Shown: one piece after another, positions 51,606 through 62,292 of the stretch
Numbering within the stretch: position 1 is the stretch's first letter
Layout: every line of letters begins with the position of its first letter
NCBI GenBank assembly: GCA_963845755.1
Contig: CAWJTV010000042.1
Coordinates: 192,001-256,000 of the forward strand
DNA from: an uncultured Planctomycetota bacterium
GTDB lineage: Bacteria > Planctomycetota > Planctomycetia > Isosphaerales > Isosphaeraceae
DNA: 64,000 nt
Reading direction: 5' to 3'
Notes under the pieces: model-generated
Told to the model about the DNA's origin: nothing
Seen by the model: the letters and a program-made list of their open reading frames with translations, nothing else
Databases searched by the model: none
Translations under genes and position numbers: made by a program

Positions 51606-53711
51606 ATGAGGTTCCCGTCACCGCTGGGGTTGGTCTTCGTCTGCCTGTTCCTGTCGAGTCTCGCGATGTCGGCCTCGGTTTATGCCGACGAGGGGATGTG
51701 GGTCTTCAACAACTTGCCGCGGGAGCGGCTCAAGGCCCGTTACGGCTTCGAGCCGCCCACGGGCTGGGCGGAGCATCTCCGATCGGCCGCGGTCCGCTTC
51801 AACAACGGGGGCTCCGGCTCGTTCGTCTCGCGCGACGGGCTGATCATGACGAACCATCACGTGGGCGCGGATACGCTGTCCAAGCTGAGCACGAAGGAGA
51901 AAGACTATCATCGCGACGGATTCTTCGCGCGCGGCTACGATCAGGAGGCCAAGGCGCCCGATCTCGAGCTCAACGTCCTGGTCGGGATCGAGGATGTGAC
52001 CGCGCGAGTCAATCGCGAGGTGCCGGCGGGTATGGACGATGTCCAGGCCGGCGAGGTCCGGCGCCGGGCCATGGCCCAGATCGAGAAAGAGGCCACCGAC
52101 AAGAATGGGCTCCGCAACGACGTCGTCACGCTCTACCAGGGCGGACAGTACCACCTCTACACCTACAAGAAGTACACGGATGTGCGGCTGGTCTTCGCCC
52201 CCGAGTTCGACATCGCCTTCTTCGGCGGCGATCCGGATAACTTCGAATACCCGCGCTATGACCTCGACGTCTGCTTCTTCCGCGCGTATGAGGACGGCCG
52301 GCCCGCGAAGGTCGAGCACTACTTGAAATGGAGCCCCGACGGTTCGAAAGACGGGGACCTGGTCTTCGTCGCCGGACATCCGGGACGTACGGATCGGCTC
52401 AATACGGTCGCCAGCCTCGAGTACCTCCGCGATATTTACTACCCGTTCCTGCTGAACTACCTGAAGCACAAGGAAGCCTTCCTGCTGGCCTACAGCCACA
52501 ATGGCGCGGAGGCGTCTCGCCAGGCCAAGGAAGATCTCTTCAGCGTCCAGAATAGCCGCAAGGCACGCATCGGCGGCCTGGAGGGTCTGCGCGACGAAAC
52601 CTTCATCAATCGCAAACGCCAGGCCGAATCCGACCTGCGAGCCGGCCTCGCGGCCGGCGCGAATCCCCACGATCGGCGTCGTGCGGCCTGGGACCGGGTC
52701 GCCGAGGCCCAGAAGACGGCCACGAAGATCCTCAAGCCTTACAGTTATCTGGAACGCGGATTCGCGTTCGACTCGGTCCTCTTCGATATCGCCCGGAATC
52801 TCGTCCGGCTGGCGGAGGAGCGCGCCAAGCCGAATTCGGATCGGCTCAAGGAATATCGCGAATCCGCCCTCAAGTCGCTCGAGCTGGAGCTCTTCTCCCC
52901 GGCGCCCCTCTACCCGGAGTTCGAGCAGGCCAAGCTCGCCCACTCGCTGGCCGGGTGGAAGGCGGCGATGCCCGATGATCCGATGGTCGAACGGGTTCTG
53001 CACGGCCGCTCACCCGGGGAGGCCGCCCGGCAGTTGGTCGAGGAGACGAAGGTGGCCGACGTGGAATTCCGGCGCCGGCTGGCGGAAGGCGGCAAGGCGG
53101 CGATCGACGCATCCCACGATCCGATGATCGCGCTGGCCCTGGCGGTCGACCCCGAGGCACGGGCTGTCCGGAAGACGCGAGAGGATCAGATCGAGGGCGT
53201 CGAGGCCGCGAATTACGCCGTGATCGCCAGGGCGTTTTTCGACCTCAAGGGAGACACCGGCTACCCGGACGCCACCTTCACCCTGCGATTGGCCTTCGGG
53301 GTCGTCAAGGGTTATGAATCCGACGGCAAGCCGATCCCGCCTTATACCACGATCGGGGGCGCTTTCGAACATGCCAAGGCTCACGGGAACACGCCCCCCT
53401 ACGAGCTCCCCGCGAGCTGGAGCAAGGCCCGCGACGGCGGGACGCTCCGCCTGGAGACTCCCCTGAACTTCGTGTCCACCGCCGACATCATCGGCGGCAA
53501 TTCGGGCAGCCCGGTCGTCGATCGCGACAACCAGGTCGTCGGCCTCATCTTCGACGGCAACATCCAGTCGCTGGTCCTCGACTTCGGCTATGACGACCGG
53601 CAGGCCCGGGCCGTCTCCGTCAACTCGCGGGGAATCCTCGAGTCCCTGCGATCGATCTATCATGCCGATCGATTGGTTCAGGAGCTGACCGGCGCGAAGG
53701 CGAGCGATTGA
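51606..53711 (+). CDS. S46 family dipeptidyl peptidase (DPP7/DAP BII-like)
   Basis: Signal peptide, DEGMW, TNHHV, YPRYDLD, DIIGGNSGSPV. Confidence 0.96.
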   Translation: MRFPSPLGLVFVCLFLSSLAMSASVYADEGMWVFNNLPRERLKARYGFEPPTGWAEHLRSAAVRFNNGGSGSFVSRDGLIMTNHHVGADTLSKLSTKEKDYHRDGFFARGYDQEAKAPDLELNVLVGIEDVTARVNREVPAGMDDVQAGEVRRRAMAQIEKEATDKNGLRNDVVTLYQGGQYHLYTYKKYTDVRLVFAPEFDIAFFGGDPDNFEYPRYDLDVCFFRAYEDGRPAKVEHYLKWSPDGSKDGDLVFVAGHPGRTDRLNTVASLEYLRDIYYPFLLNYLKHKEAFLLAYSHNGAEASRQAKEDLFSVQNSRKARIGGLEGLRDETFINRKRQAESDLRAGLAAGANPHDRRRAAWDRVAEAQKTATKILKPYSYLERGFAFDSVLFDIARNLVRLAEERAKPNSDRLKEYRESALKSLELELFSPAPLYPEFEQAKLAHSLAGWKAAMPDDPMVERVLHGRSPGEAARQLVEETKVADVEFRRRLAEGGKAAIDASHDPMIALALAVDPEARAVRKTREDQIEGVEAANYAVIARAFFDLKGDTGYPDATFTLRLAFGVVKGYESDGKPIPPYTTIGGAFEHAKAHGNTPPYELPASWSKARDGGTLRLETPLNFVSTADIIGGNSGSPVVDRDNQVVGLIFDGNIQSLVLDFGYDDRQARAVSVNSRGILESLRSIYHADRLVQELTGAKASD

Positions 53712-53810
53712 TCCTTGCCTCGTCGGAAATGGAAAACTCGACGGCGCGATCCCACTTTCGTCATCCGGATCGCGCGCTCCCAATCGCTGCTCGCCGGCTC
53801 ACCATGCCTC

Positions 53811-55472
53811 TCATCCGTGAGCCGTCGAGCGGCCGGGCTCGATCGTGATGGTCGTACTCAGGGCGTCACCGTCGGCGCCGTTGGTCTCGATGGTGTAGGT
53901 CCCGGGAGTCAGCTTTCTCACGCCCGGTTGGTTGGACCGGCCATTCCAGACGGCCGACAACTTGATGGTCTGTCTCGGCTCTACCTTGCGGACCTTTGGC
54001 GTGAACACGCCCCGGCGCGACTGCCAGACCAGCGTCGAGCCCTCCATCACCGTGATGCGATCGAACTTCGTGGCGGAACTCACGGCCGTCGTGCCATGGC
54101 CTTTGACCTTCTGCTTCGTCCCGGCCTCCTGCATCGTCAGCAGGATCTGCACGCTCTGGCCCATTCGGTAAACGCGACGGTTCGTCGACAGCGTCGTGGC
54201 GATCAGGGGACTGGTCGGACCGTTGGTGGTGCCGGAATTCGTGGTGGTGGGAGGCGTCGAGGTCGGCGTGGCCGGGGCCTGGATGGGCGGCAGGATCGGC
54301 TCGGTGGGCGGGGGCGCAGTGACCACAGGGGGACCATTGATCTGGATGGTCGCGGTCGAGCCGTTCGGGTCGAGCCAGTTGGAAACGACGTAGGTGTCTC
54401 CCAGGTTGGTTATGGCATTGTCGGGAGCGCCATCCCAGGATCCGGTCTGCGTCAACGACTGACCGGGCTGGAGCGTACCCCAGGCCGCATTGCCGCCGAA
54501 ACCGGGGGAAGACCAGATTACCAGGCCGTCCTGAGATGCTTCGAATGCGTTCGGGCCCGTGACGATCGTGATCGGTTGATCTCCGTTGTTCGTCTCGTTG
54601 AACGTCATGATCACGGTCTGGCCAACATTGTAGGTGGAATGATTGGTCGTGACGCTGGACACGACATCCCACGCTGGCGGAGGTGCGATCTGGAACGATG
54701 TCGAGGCTCCCGGGGCGCCGCTCTGGGGCCCGTACGCCGCGACGAATGTACCCGATAGGTTGGACGGATTATAAAGCCCGTCCTGCGGGATGCCATTCCA
54801 GGTCTGGGTATCCGTTTCCGTCTGCCCCGCTGTCCATGTGATAGGAAAGGTCGGGACATTTTGATCCAACGGATATTGCATCGCGGTTGTCCCGTTATGC
54901 GAGATGCTGAAGCCGGCCGGTCCATCATCAAAAAAGGTCACCGCCTGGTCGGACGTGTTCGTTTCGGTGAAGGTCATCTGGATCGTCTGGCCGATCTGAT
55001 AGACCGATTGGTCGGTGGTCACGCGGGATGAAAGGGGATCGGTGATCTGAAATGTCGCGGTGAGGTCTGGCGCATTGGGATTGGAAACGACGAATGTGCC
55101 CCAGTTATTGATGGACCAACTGACCGGAGTTCCACCCGGAATAGCCGGAATCGAATAGGACGTCGTGCCATCCCAATTCGCCCTCTGCGTCAGCGACTGC
55201 CCCGGCTGCAGCGTCTCTGTGCTGGCAGGCTGGGTCGCGTTGCCCGGGTTCGACTGCCAGATCGGGTAGGTGCCTTGCGAGATCGTGAAGTCGGTGGGCG
55301 CGACCGAAACCGTGACTGGCTGAATGCTTGTATTGGTCTCGGTGAAAGTGATCTCGATGGTCTGACCGACCTGGTAGGTCGATTGGTCGGTCGTCAGGCT
55401 GTAATTCAAACCGGAAAGGAGCGCTCGTGTTTCCAGCGCCTCGACACGGAAGCGGCGACGTCTGCGAACCAT
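53811..55472 (-). CDS. Planctomycete extracellular protein with four BsuPI-like Ig-fold repeats
   Basis: RRRFRVEALETRALLS leader, repeats TTDQS.YQ.GQTI..TFTETN...LQPGQSLT...WDG. Confidence 0.8.
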   Translation of the reverse strand: MVRRRRRFRVEALETRALLSGLNYSLTTDQSTYQVGQTIEITFTETNTSIQPVTVSVAPTDFTISQGTYPIWQSNPGNATQPASTETLQPGQSLTQRANWDGTTSYSIPAIPGGTPVSWSINNWGTFVVSNPNAPDLTATFQITDPLSSRVTTDQSVYQIGQTIQMTFTETNTSDQAVTFFDDGPAGFSISHNGTTAMQYPLDQNVPTFPITWTAGQTETDTQTWNGIPQDGLYNPSNLSGTFVAAYGPQSGAPGASTSFQIAPPPAWDVVSSVTTNHSTYNVGQTVIMTFNETNNGDQPITIVTGPNAFEASQDGLVIWSSPGFGGNAAWGTLQPGQSLTQTGSWDGAPDNAITNLGDTYVVSNWLDPNGSTATIQINGPPVVTAPPPTEPILPPIQAPATPTSTPPTTTNSGTTNGPTSPLIATTLSTNRRVYRMGQSVQILLTMQEAGTKQKVKGHGTTAVSSATKFDRITVMEGSTLVWQSRRGVFTPKVRKVEPRQTIKLSAVWNGRSNQPGVRKLTPGTYTIETNGADGDALSTTITIEPGRSTAHG

Positions 55473-55614
55473 GTGAGGGAAACTCCCGGTCCGTGAGCAG
55501 TCCGATCGTGGATCATCGCGGATAACATCATCCTCTAATGCAATCGAGATTCTAATCACAGTTCCGACAGTCGTCCAGGGTCGCAAGCCGGCCCGAGGAA
55601 TAATTTGATGTTAA

Positions 55615-55665
55615 AAGAAGAGGACGGGCACTCCAGATTCGAGGTGCCCGTCCCCGTCTTGAAAC
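55615..55665. repeat. REP-like palindrome, family A (degenerate)
   Basis: ttcgaggtgcccgtccccgtcttgaaac is the near-exact reverse complement of 14175-14202. Confidence 0.75.
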
Positions 55666-55720
55666 CGCTCCGAAGCCGGTTAGGCGTTCGGATGACCTTC
55701 GAGGTTTACCCCAGCCCGTC

Positions 55721-56611
55721 CTACTTCGACCCGATCCGAATGTGATGGGCCTTCAGGACCACTTGCGGGATACGATGACCCGGTCTCGCCAACGGATGAT
55801 GAATCGGGTGGTGAGCGGCTTGCTTGTGTTTGCCCGTCGATGAGACGGAGTCGTATGCGGGGGCGGTGCCAGAGCCGTCCGAGCCGGGATCGGGAGGCGA
55901 GACCGGAGCCGGCGGCGTGGGACTCGGCGGCGTGGGAGCCGGCGGCGCGGGACTCGGCGGCGTGGGACTCGGTGGCGTGGGACTCGGCGTCGGCGTCGGT
56001 GTAGGACTCGGCGTCGGCGTCGGCGTGGGACTCGGCGTCGGCGTGGGACTCGGCGTCGGTGTGGGAACGGTCGGCCCGGATGGGGCGATCGGGATCGGAG
56101 GAATTGGGCTCGTGGGTGGCGTCGGGCTCGGCGGGTTCGGGCTCGTGGGTGGATTAGGATTCGGGGTACTTGGAGGACCGACCGGCAGAGGCGTCGAGCC
56201 GGCGATCTGGAAGCTCACCGTTGTCTGAGGGTCCAACTGGTCGAAGGCGACGAATGTGCCCGTTTCGGCCGCGGCCGCGACGGCATTCGGGCCGCTCGAT
56301 TCCCCGTTCCACGTCGCTTTGAGCGTGAACGTCTGACCCGGTTGCAGTGGGATCAACGCGATGACGTCCGGCTCGACCCCGTCATTCGATCGCCAGACGA
56401 TTGTGCCTCCCTGCTTGATCGTAAACCCATCGATGCTAGGCCCTTCTCGGATCGTGATGGGTTGGGTGCTCGTGTTGGTTTCCGTGAAGGTCAGATTAAC
56501 GGGCTGGCCCGCCTTGTATGTGGTTTCGTTGGCCGAGATTTGCACCGCGAGTGCCGAAAGGAGTGACCGCTCCTCCAGGGGCTCGATGTTCAAAGGTCTG
56601 CGACGTCTCAT
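55721..56611 (-). CDS. Planctomycete extracellular protein with one BsuPI-like domain and Pro/Thr/Ser linker
   Basis: RRRRPLNIEPLEERSLLS leader, YKAGQPVNLTFTETN, (PT)n/(PPSPT)n, His-rich tail. Confidence 0.8.
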   Translation of the reverse strand: MRRRRPLNIEPLEERSLLSALAVQISANETTYKAGQPVNLTFTETNTSTQPITIREGPSIDGFTIKQGGTIVWRSNDGVEPDVIALIPLQPGQTFTLKATWNGESSGPNAVAAAAETGTFVAFDQLDPQTTVSFQIAGSTPLPVGPPSTPNPNPPTSPNPPSPTPPTSPIPPIPIAPSGPTVPTPTPSPTPTPSPTPTPTPSPTPTPTPSPTPPSPTPPSPAPPAPTPPSPTPPAPVSPPDPGSDGSGTAPAYDSVSSTGKHKQAAHHPIHHPLARPGHRIPQVVLKAHHIRIGSK

Positions 56612-56805
56612 CGGTAGTCTCCTTGATGACGAATCACTCGACGATCAAAAGTGCGAGATTCTCTGCGTCGATGATTCAATAGGAGAATGCATTTGCGAGA
56701 TTCCCTGTTCCGACATGGTCGATCCATTGTAATAGATCGTCCACGAGATGAATACCTCATTACTGCAAATCGAATGCCGATTCGGCTGGCGTGGCCAACT
56801 ATACG

Positions 56806-57534
56806 TTAATTCACCTTCCCGCTCTTCCCTCGGATCCGGACCGCATCGAACATCCCGGTATCGTCGAATGAACCGATGCCGAGCCGGCCGTGGGTGAAGG
56901 TGCGATCGTGTGCGGACATGACCGGAGTTTTCATATCATCGAAATAGACCTGGATCAGTCCGTCCTGGGCCGTGCGGACGATCCGCACGTGGTGCCACCC
57001 ATCGGTCCAGGGAGTCCCCTGGGTCCGCTTCTCGGCGATCGAGACCCGGGGCTTGCCGTCGACCTTGAAGATGCTGTTGGCCGCCGCATCGGCCTGCTTC
57101 CCCAGGTGCACGTAGTAGAAGTGGCTGGCATCCTGATGGTCGAAGAACAGGCATAGGTCGCGGTGGCCGTAGTCGCGGCCGGTCGATCGGACGTCCACGT
57201 CCATGACGAAGTCCCCCAGGTCGTGCCCTTGCACCAGGGCCATGTTCAGCGGCGACCGGACCGGCGGCTGGTACTGGCTCTCCCGGAACTGCTCCAACAC
57301 GCGCCGTTGCGGGCGTTCGAGACGCTTCAGCCGCCAGGCGCCTTTGTCGGTGAAGTCCCAGCCGGTCGGCTCATCCCGCTCGAAGTCGTCCTGATACACG
57401 ACGGGGAGATTGGCCACGGCTTCGGGCAACGCCCCTCGATCGTCGTCGCGGCCGAAACCGACGGACAGGAGCACGGTCGGGATCAGCCCGCACGTGACCA
57501 GGATCCGGGCGTGGAGGAATCGTCGAGTTAACAT
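56806..57534 (-). CDS. Secreted ConA/LamG-like beta-sandwich protein (DUF1080-like)
   Basis: Signal peptide, WHHVRIVR, GRLGIGSFDD. Confidence 0.7.
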   Translation of the reverse strand: MLTRRFLHARILVTCGLIPTVLLSVGFGRDDDRGALPEAVANLPVVYQDDFERDEPTGWDFTDKGAWRLKRLERPQRRVLEQFRESQYQPPVRSPLNMALVQGHDLGDFVMDVDVRSTGRDYGHRDLCLFFDHQDASHFYYVHLGKQADAAANSIFKVDGKPRVSIAEKRTQGTPWTDGWHHVRIVRTAQDGLIQVYFDDMKTPVMSAHDRTFTHGRLGIGSFDDTGMFDAVRIRGKSGKVN

Positions 57535-57616
57535 CGGGGTGGACTCTCTTGCGAAAAGGGAGAGGGCCGTCGTGATTCCAAGCTATTCCACCTCGCGCGT
57601 CAACAGCTCGCGACCA

Positions 57617-58087
57617 TTACAGGTGACAACTCGCCTCTCCGCGCTTCTCCAGGTATCGCTGATGATACTCCTCGGCGCGATAAAAGGGTACGGCCGGGAC
57701 GATCTGGGTGACGATGGGACGTCGGAAGTGGCCGCTGGCGTCGAGCCGCTGCTTCGACGCCTCGGCCTCGTCCTTCTGTTCCTCGTCATGGTAAAAGATG
57801 ACCGAGCGGTACTGACTGCCGAAGTCGGGACCCTGGCGATTGTGCTGTGTCGGGTCATGGCCTGACCAGAAGACGTCGAGGAGCTGACCGTAGGAGACCT
57901 GGGACGGGTCATACTCGACCTCGACGACTTCGGCGTGGCCGGTCCGGTCGGTGCAGACCTCCTTGTAAGTCGGGTTCACCGTGTGTCCGCCCGAATAGCC
58001 GACAGCCGCGTCGATCACGCCGGGGACGCGGCGGAATTCCGCCTCGACGCCCCAGAAACACCCTGCGCCAAACGTTGCTTTCTTCAT
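57617..58087 (-). CDS. msrA: Peptide-methionine (S)-S-oxide reductase
   Basis: [26 protein letters not shown]. Confidence 0.97.
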   Translation of the reverse strand: MKKATFGAGCFWGVEAEFRRVPGVIDAAVGYSGGHTVNPTYKEVCTDRTGHAEVVEVEYDPSQVSYGQLLDVFWSGHDPTQHNRQGPDFGSQYRSVIFYHDEEQKDEAEASKQRLDASGHFRRPIVTQIVPAVPFYRAEEYHQRYLEKRGEASCHL

Positions 58088-58277
58088 GGGATTCGCCCTG
58101 CATGGATCGAGAAGTCTGGCTGGTCTGGCCGATCGGCAGGCCTCACCGATTCATTTTCCCGAAGTCATGGAGGCTTTGGATAGAGCAGTTGAAGGACCAC
58201 GTGGTATCCACGATGGTGGCTCGGCGGTCGGTACCGCGCCCTGTTCGTCGGCGATCCTGCTGGTTTCGAAACCCAAG

Positions 58278-58706
58278 TCAGGATTCCCGATCGGGCGCCA
58301 AGGCGAAGCGGCGGCTTGTTCGTACTTGCGTTTCAGCCGCCCTTTCTCGGCGGCGATTCTCAGGTGCTCGCCCGGTCCAAAACGGATCACGCCGCCAACC
58401 TTTTGCATCGCCGACCACAATTCGCGTCGTCTGGCCCGTGGCAGCCGCCTCGAGGTGGGAAGCTTCGCTCTGGGCGCACCCTGCCGCCAAATCTCGGTAT
58501 TCTCGCGCGAGCGCGTTCCAGACCTGCTGCTGGCGTTCCCACATCCGTCGGCGCTGTTGTGCCGCCCATCCTCCCAGGATGAGAGCGACGATCGCGACGA
58601 GAATCATCAATGTTCGGAGCCGGCATCGCCAGCGGAGGGTTTGTCGGTTCCGTCGCTCGAGGCTGACGAGAACGGCCCACGGCATCAGGGGTATCGCCAC
58701 ACGCAT
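58278..58706 (-). CDS. Small planctomycete-type protein with RLRTLMILVAIVA leader (boundaries uncertain)
   Basis: N-terminal motif common in planctomycete proteins, followed by a helical segment. Confidence 0.45.
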   Translation of the reverse strand: MRVAIPLMPWAVLVSLERRNRQTLRWRCRLRTLMILVAIVALILGGWAAQQRRRMWERQQQVWNALAREYRDLAAGCAQSEASHLEAAATGQTTRIVVGDAKGWRRDPFWTGRAPENRRRERAAETQVRTSRRFALAPDRES

Positions 58707-58831
58707 CGCTGGACTCCAATTTCATCGGCGAATCGCGTCCTGGCAGATTAGAGATCCGCGATCACGATGTCAATGCCTTCGGACTGGTGTTTGATCGCGT
58801 GCTCACGCGGGGCTTCGAAACGAAGAAAGAG

Positions 58832-58937
58832 CCTCACGCGGAGACGCGGAGACGCGGAGTGAGAACCAGTCGGTCGAGGATTCGGATTCGCATTATTCAA
58901 GGATAATCTCTCCGCGTCTCCGCGCCTCCGCGTGAGG
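58832..58937. repeat. Inverted repeat with (ACGCGGAG)n arms
   Basis: cctcacgcggagacgcggagacgcggag ... ctccgcgtctccgcgcctccgcgtgagg. Confidence 0.8.
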
Positions 58938-59079
58938 ATTGCCGTTGGGAACGTCAGAGGTTGTGGCACGCCTCCGTTACGAGTGGTGTACGAGGAGAGT
59001 GTGGTTGCACATTCGCGACAACCCTGATTTGCTGGATTCCGCGGCTGGACGGTTCTCGATTTCCGGAGAGGGTTCTGGA

Positions 59080-62017
59080 ATGAGGATGACTTCGAGTGCG
59101 GCATCCTGCCTGATGCTGGCCTTTCTGGCGACGGCCGGATGGGCGCCCTCGGGCCTCGCGGACGGTCCTGGCCCGACCGATCCGCGCGCGGAGCGGGCGA
59201 CGTTCGTCCTGGCCGACCCCGGGCTCACGATCGAGCTGGTCGCCGCCGAGCCGGAAGTGGCCAGTCCCGTGGCGATCGCCTGGGACGAGGACGGGCGGAT
59301 GTATGTGGCCGAGATGCTCGACTATCCGACGGCCACGTCAACCGGTCGGATCCGCCAGTTGGAGGACCGCGACGGCGACGGCCGCTACGAGCACGCGACG
59401 ATCTTCGCCGATGGGCTGCCGTTCCCGAACGGCGTCTTGCCGTGTTACGGCGGCCTGCTCGTGACCGCGGCTCCGAATATCTGGTTCCTGCGGGATCGCG
59501 ACGGCGACGGCCGCGCCGACGAGCGCAGCGTTGTGCTGACGGGCTTCGGCGAGGGGAATACGCAGCTCCGCGTCAACGGCCTCACATGGGGACTGGACAA
59601 CAAGATCTACGTCGCCAACGGCCGTAGCGACGGCGACGTGCGGGAGCCGAACCATCCGCCCGACCAGGCCGTCTCGATCCGGCGCCGCGACCTGCGGTTC
59701 ACATTCCTGCCGCTCCCGGGAGAGGACGATAAATCGCCTCGGGCCTCCGATATCGAATCGATCGCCGGCTTCAGCCAGTTCGGACTCCCGCACGACGATT
59801 GGGGGAACCGCTTCCCGTCGTGGAATACGATCCCGATCCGCCACGTCGCGCTGGAGCAGCAGGTGCTGGATCGCAATCGCTACCTGGCCGAGACGTTCAA
59901 CGGTAGCGTCGATCCTCGACATGGCCGACGGTGGCCGCATCTTCCCGATCAGCCCGCCCCAGCCGCGGTTCAATCGGGAGTCGGTCGCGTTCTTCAACGC
60001 CAGTTGCGGCCCGTTGATCGAGCGCGGCGGCCTCTTGCCGGCGGCCTATCACGGCAACGCGTTCGTCTGCGAGCCGCTGAGCAACCTCGTGCATCGGCGC
60101 GTGCTCGAATCATCGGGAGTGACCTTCATCGCCCGCCGGGTCGAACAGGGGCGCGAATTCCTGGCGTCAACCGATCCGGCCTTCCGGCCAGTCAACCTGG
60201 CGAATGGGCCGGACGGTGCGCTGTACGTCGTGGACATGTACCGCGAGCTGGTCGAGCATCCGCAGTTCGTGCCTGAGACTGCGCGAGATTCGGTCGATTT
60301 CCGCCGCTGGCACGACCGCGGGCGGATCTGGCGAATCCGGCCGAAGGCCATGGAATCGGTCGTAAACCGTAGGCCGAACCTGTTCAAGGCCGACGATCGG
60401 GTACTCGTCGCACTCCTCGGCGATCGCAATGCCTGGTGGCGCACCACGGCGCAGCGGCTTCTGTTCGAGCGCGGCGCAGTCACGATACGGAATGAGGCGA
60501 AGGCGAAGGCGATTTCGCGTCTGCTGAGCGTGGCATCGAAGGAGTCGCCGAATCCCCTGGCGCGGCTTCATGCCCTGTGGGCTGACGATGAGATCCAGTC
60601 ATTGATCAAGGATCCCCATCCGGGAGTGCGCGAGCAGGCGCTCCGTTTCTACGAGTCGTTCAGGTCGTTTCTCCCCACGGAGACCCTCGTTCTTCTGTCC
60701 GACGACCCCTCGATCCGCGTACGACTGCAGGCGGCAATCGCACTCGGCAGCCATTGCCACGACGAGCCGGCCGCCCTCGAGGCAATGGCACGAATCGCCA
60801 CCCGCGATGCGTCCGACCCCTGGATGCGTCTGGCGATCCTCAGCGGATTAGCCGAATCGGCCCTGGCGTTCATCCCACTGTGCGATCGGATCCCGCCCTC
60901 GGCGGGTCGCTTCGAGCTGATGTCCCAGTGCGCCGCGATTGTGGGGGCACGGGGCGTCCAGCCGGAAGAGGCCCGGCTCCTGGGGCTGATCGCCGATCGG
61001 ATTCGTGACAAGGCGACCGACGCGATGACCTTGCTGGCGGGCCTGGCCGATGGGTTGGAAAGGTCCGGTTATCCGCTGCACCTCCAGATCGACGTGCAGC
61101 CTCCCGTTTTGAAGGATCCGCTCGCACGCCTGGAACCTTTGTGGCCGCGCGCGTCGGCCATGGCCGCTTCGAAAGGTCCGATTTCCGAGCGGCTCATCGC
61201 CCTGGACGTCCTCGCCCGTGGCCGGCCCGACCTGGCCGAGGCCATCATCCCCGGCCTGCTGGCGGCCGATCAGCCGCGCGAGGTCCAGACCGCCGCCGGG
61301 CGGGCGGTTGCCCGGGTCGGAAGGCCGACGCTGGCCGATACGGTGATCGACCATTGGGAAGCACTCACGCAGTCCAGCCGGCGTGAAGTCGTGACTGCAC
61401 TGGCCGGCTCGCCCGCGCTGGCCGAACCGCTCATCAAGGCCCTCGAGCGTCAGGTCATCGCCCCCGGCGAGCTCGACGCCGCGACGCGAGAGCGACTCCC
61501 GCACCTCGCCGACGCAGCGCTGCGGACGCGCGCCGCGGCCGTGCTCGCGAAGTTCGCGCCACCCCAGCGATCGGCCGTGCTCGCGCGCTATCAGGACGCT
61601 CTCAAACTCTCCGGCGACCCGAGGCGTGGCGAGGCCGTCTTCGCCAAGAACTGCCAGACCTGCCACCAGCACCAGGGACACGGCCATCGCGTCGGACCGG
61701 ATCTCTCCGGCATTGCCGGCCGCGCCCCGGAGGCCCTCCTGAGCGACATCCTCGACCCCAATCGAAACATCGAGCCCGATTTCGTCGTCCTCGCCGCGGC
61801 GACCCGGCGGGGCCAGGTCCTTTCGGGACTCCTCGCGGAGGAGACGGCCACGACCATCAAGCTCCGCCGCGCCGAGGGCCTCGAGGACACGATTCTTCGC
61901 TCCGAGATCGACCAGCTCCGCCCCACCGGACAATCGCTCATGCCCGAAGGGCTCGAACAAACCCTCGGCCCCCAGGACATGGCCGACCTGATCGCCTTCC
62001 TCCGCCGTGGCAGTTGA
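59080..62017 (+). CDS. PVC-type heme-binding CxxCH protein (membrane-bound dehydrogenase-like; frameshift ~59897)
   Basis: ELVAAEP, DRDGDG propeller, FRPVNLANGPDGALY, HEAT repeats, CQTCH, GPDL, SLMPEG. Confidence 0.92.
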
Positions 62018-62292
62018 GATGATGCACGCATTGATAATGGGGTTGCATCCGAGGGCCTCTCGGGTGATTTGAATGTAATAAAATATAAGTTTACATAGTG
62101 AGATATTTTATATATATATTTGCCGATAATGAATTGGAGGTCGGGTCGGCACACCTGTTCTTCCACCTGTTTTCCGGTGGACGGCACTCGATCTCTCCAG
62201 GCTCGGCTCCTGACATCGGCCGGGGAGGCGGATAGAATCGACCGGTCGCGCGCGAACTCTGATCCGAAGCGGGAAAGGACGAGGATTGAACG

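Noticed and set aside
55900..56065. Dense tandem GGCGTC/GGACTC repeats considered as CRISPR or VNTR
   Set aside because: They encode the Pro/Thr/Ser linker of CDS 55721-56611 and have no unique spacers.
62065..62135. Very AT-rich patch (also 40555-40600) as origin or att site
   Set aside because: No DnaA boxes or flanking repeats, so most likely promoter regions.
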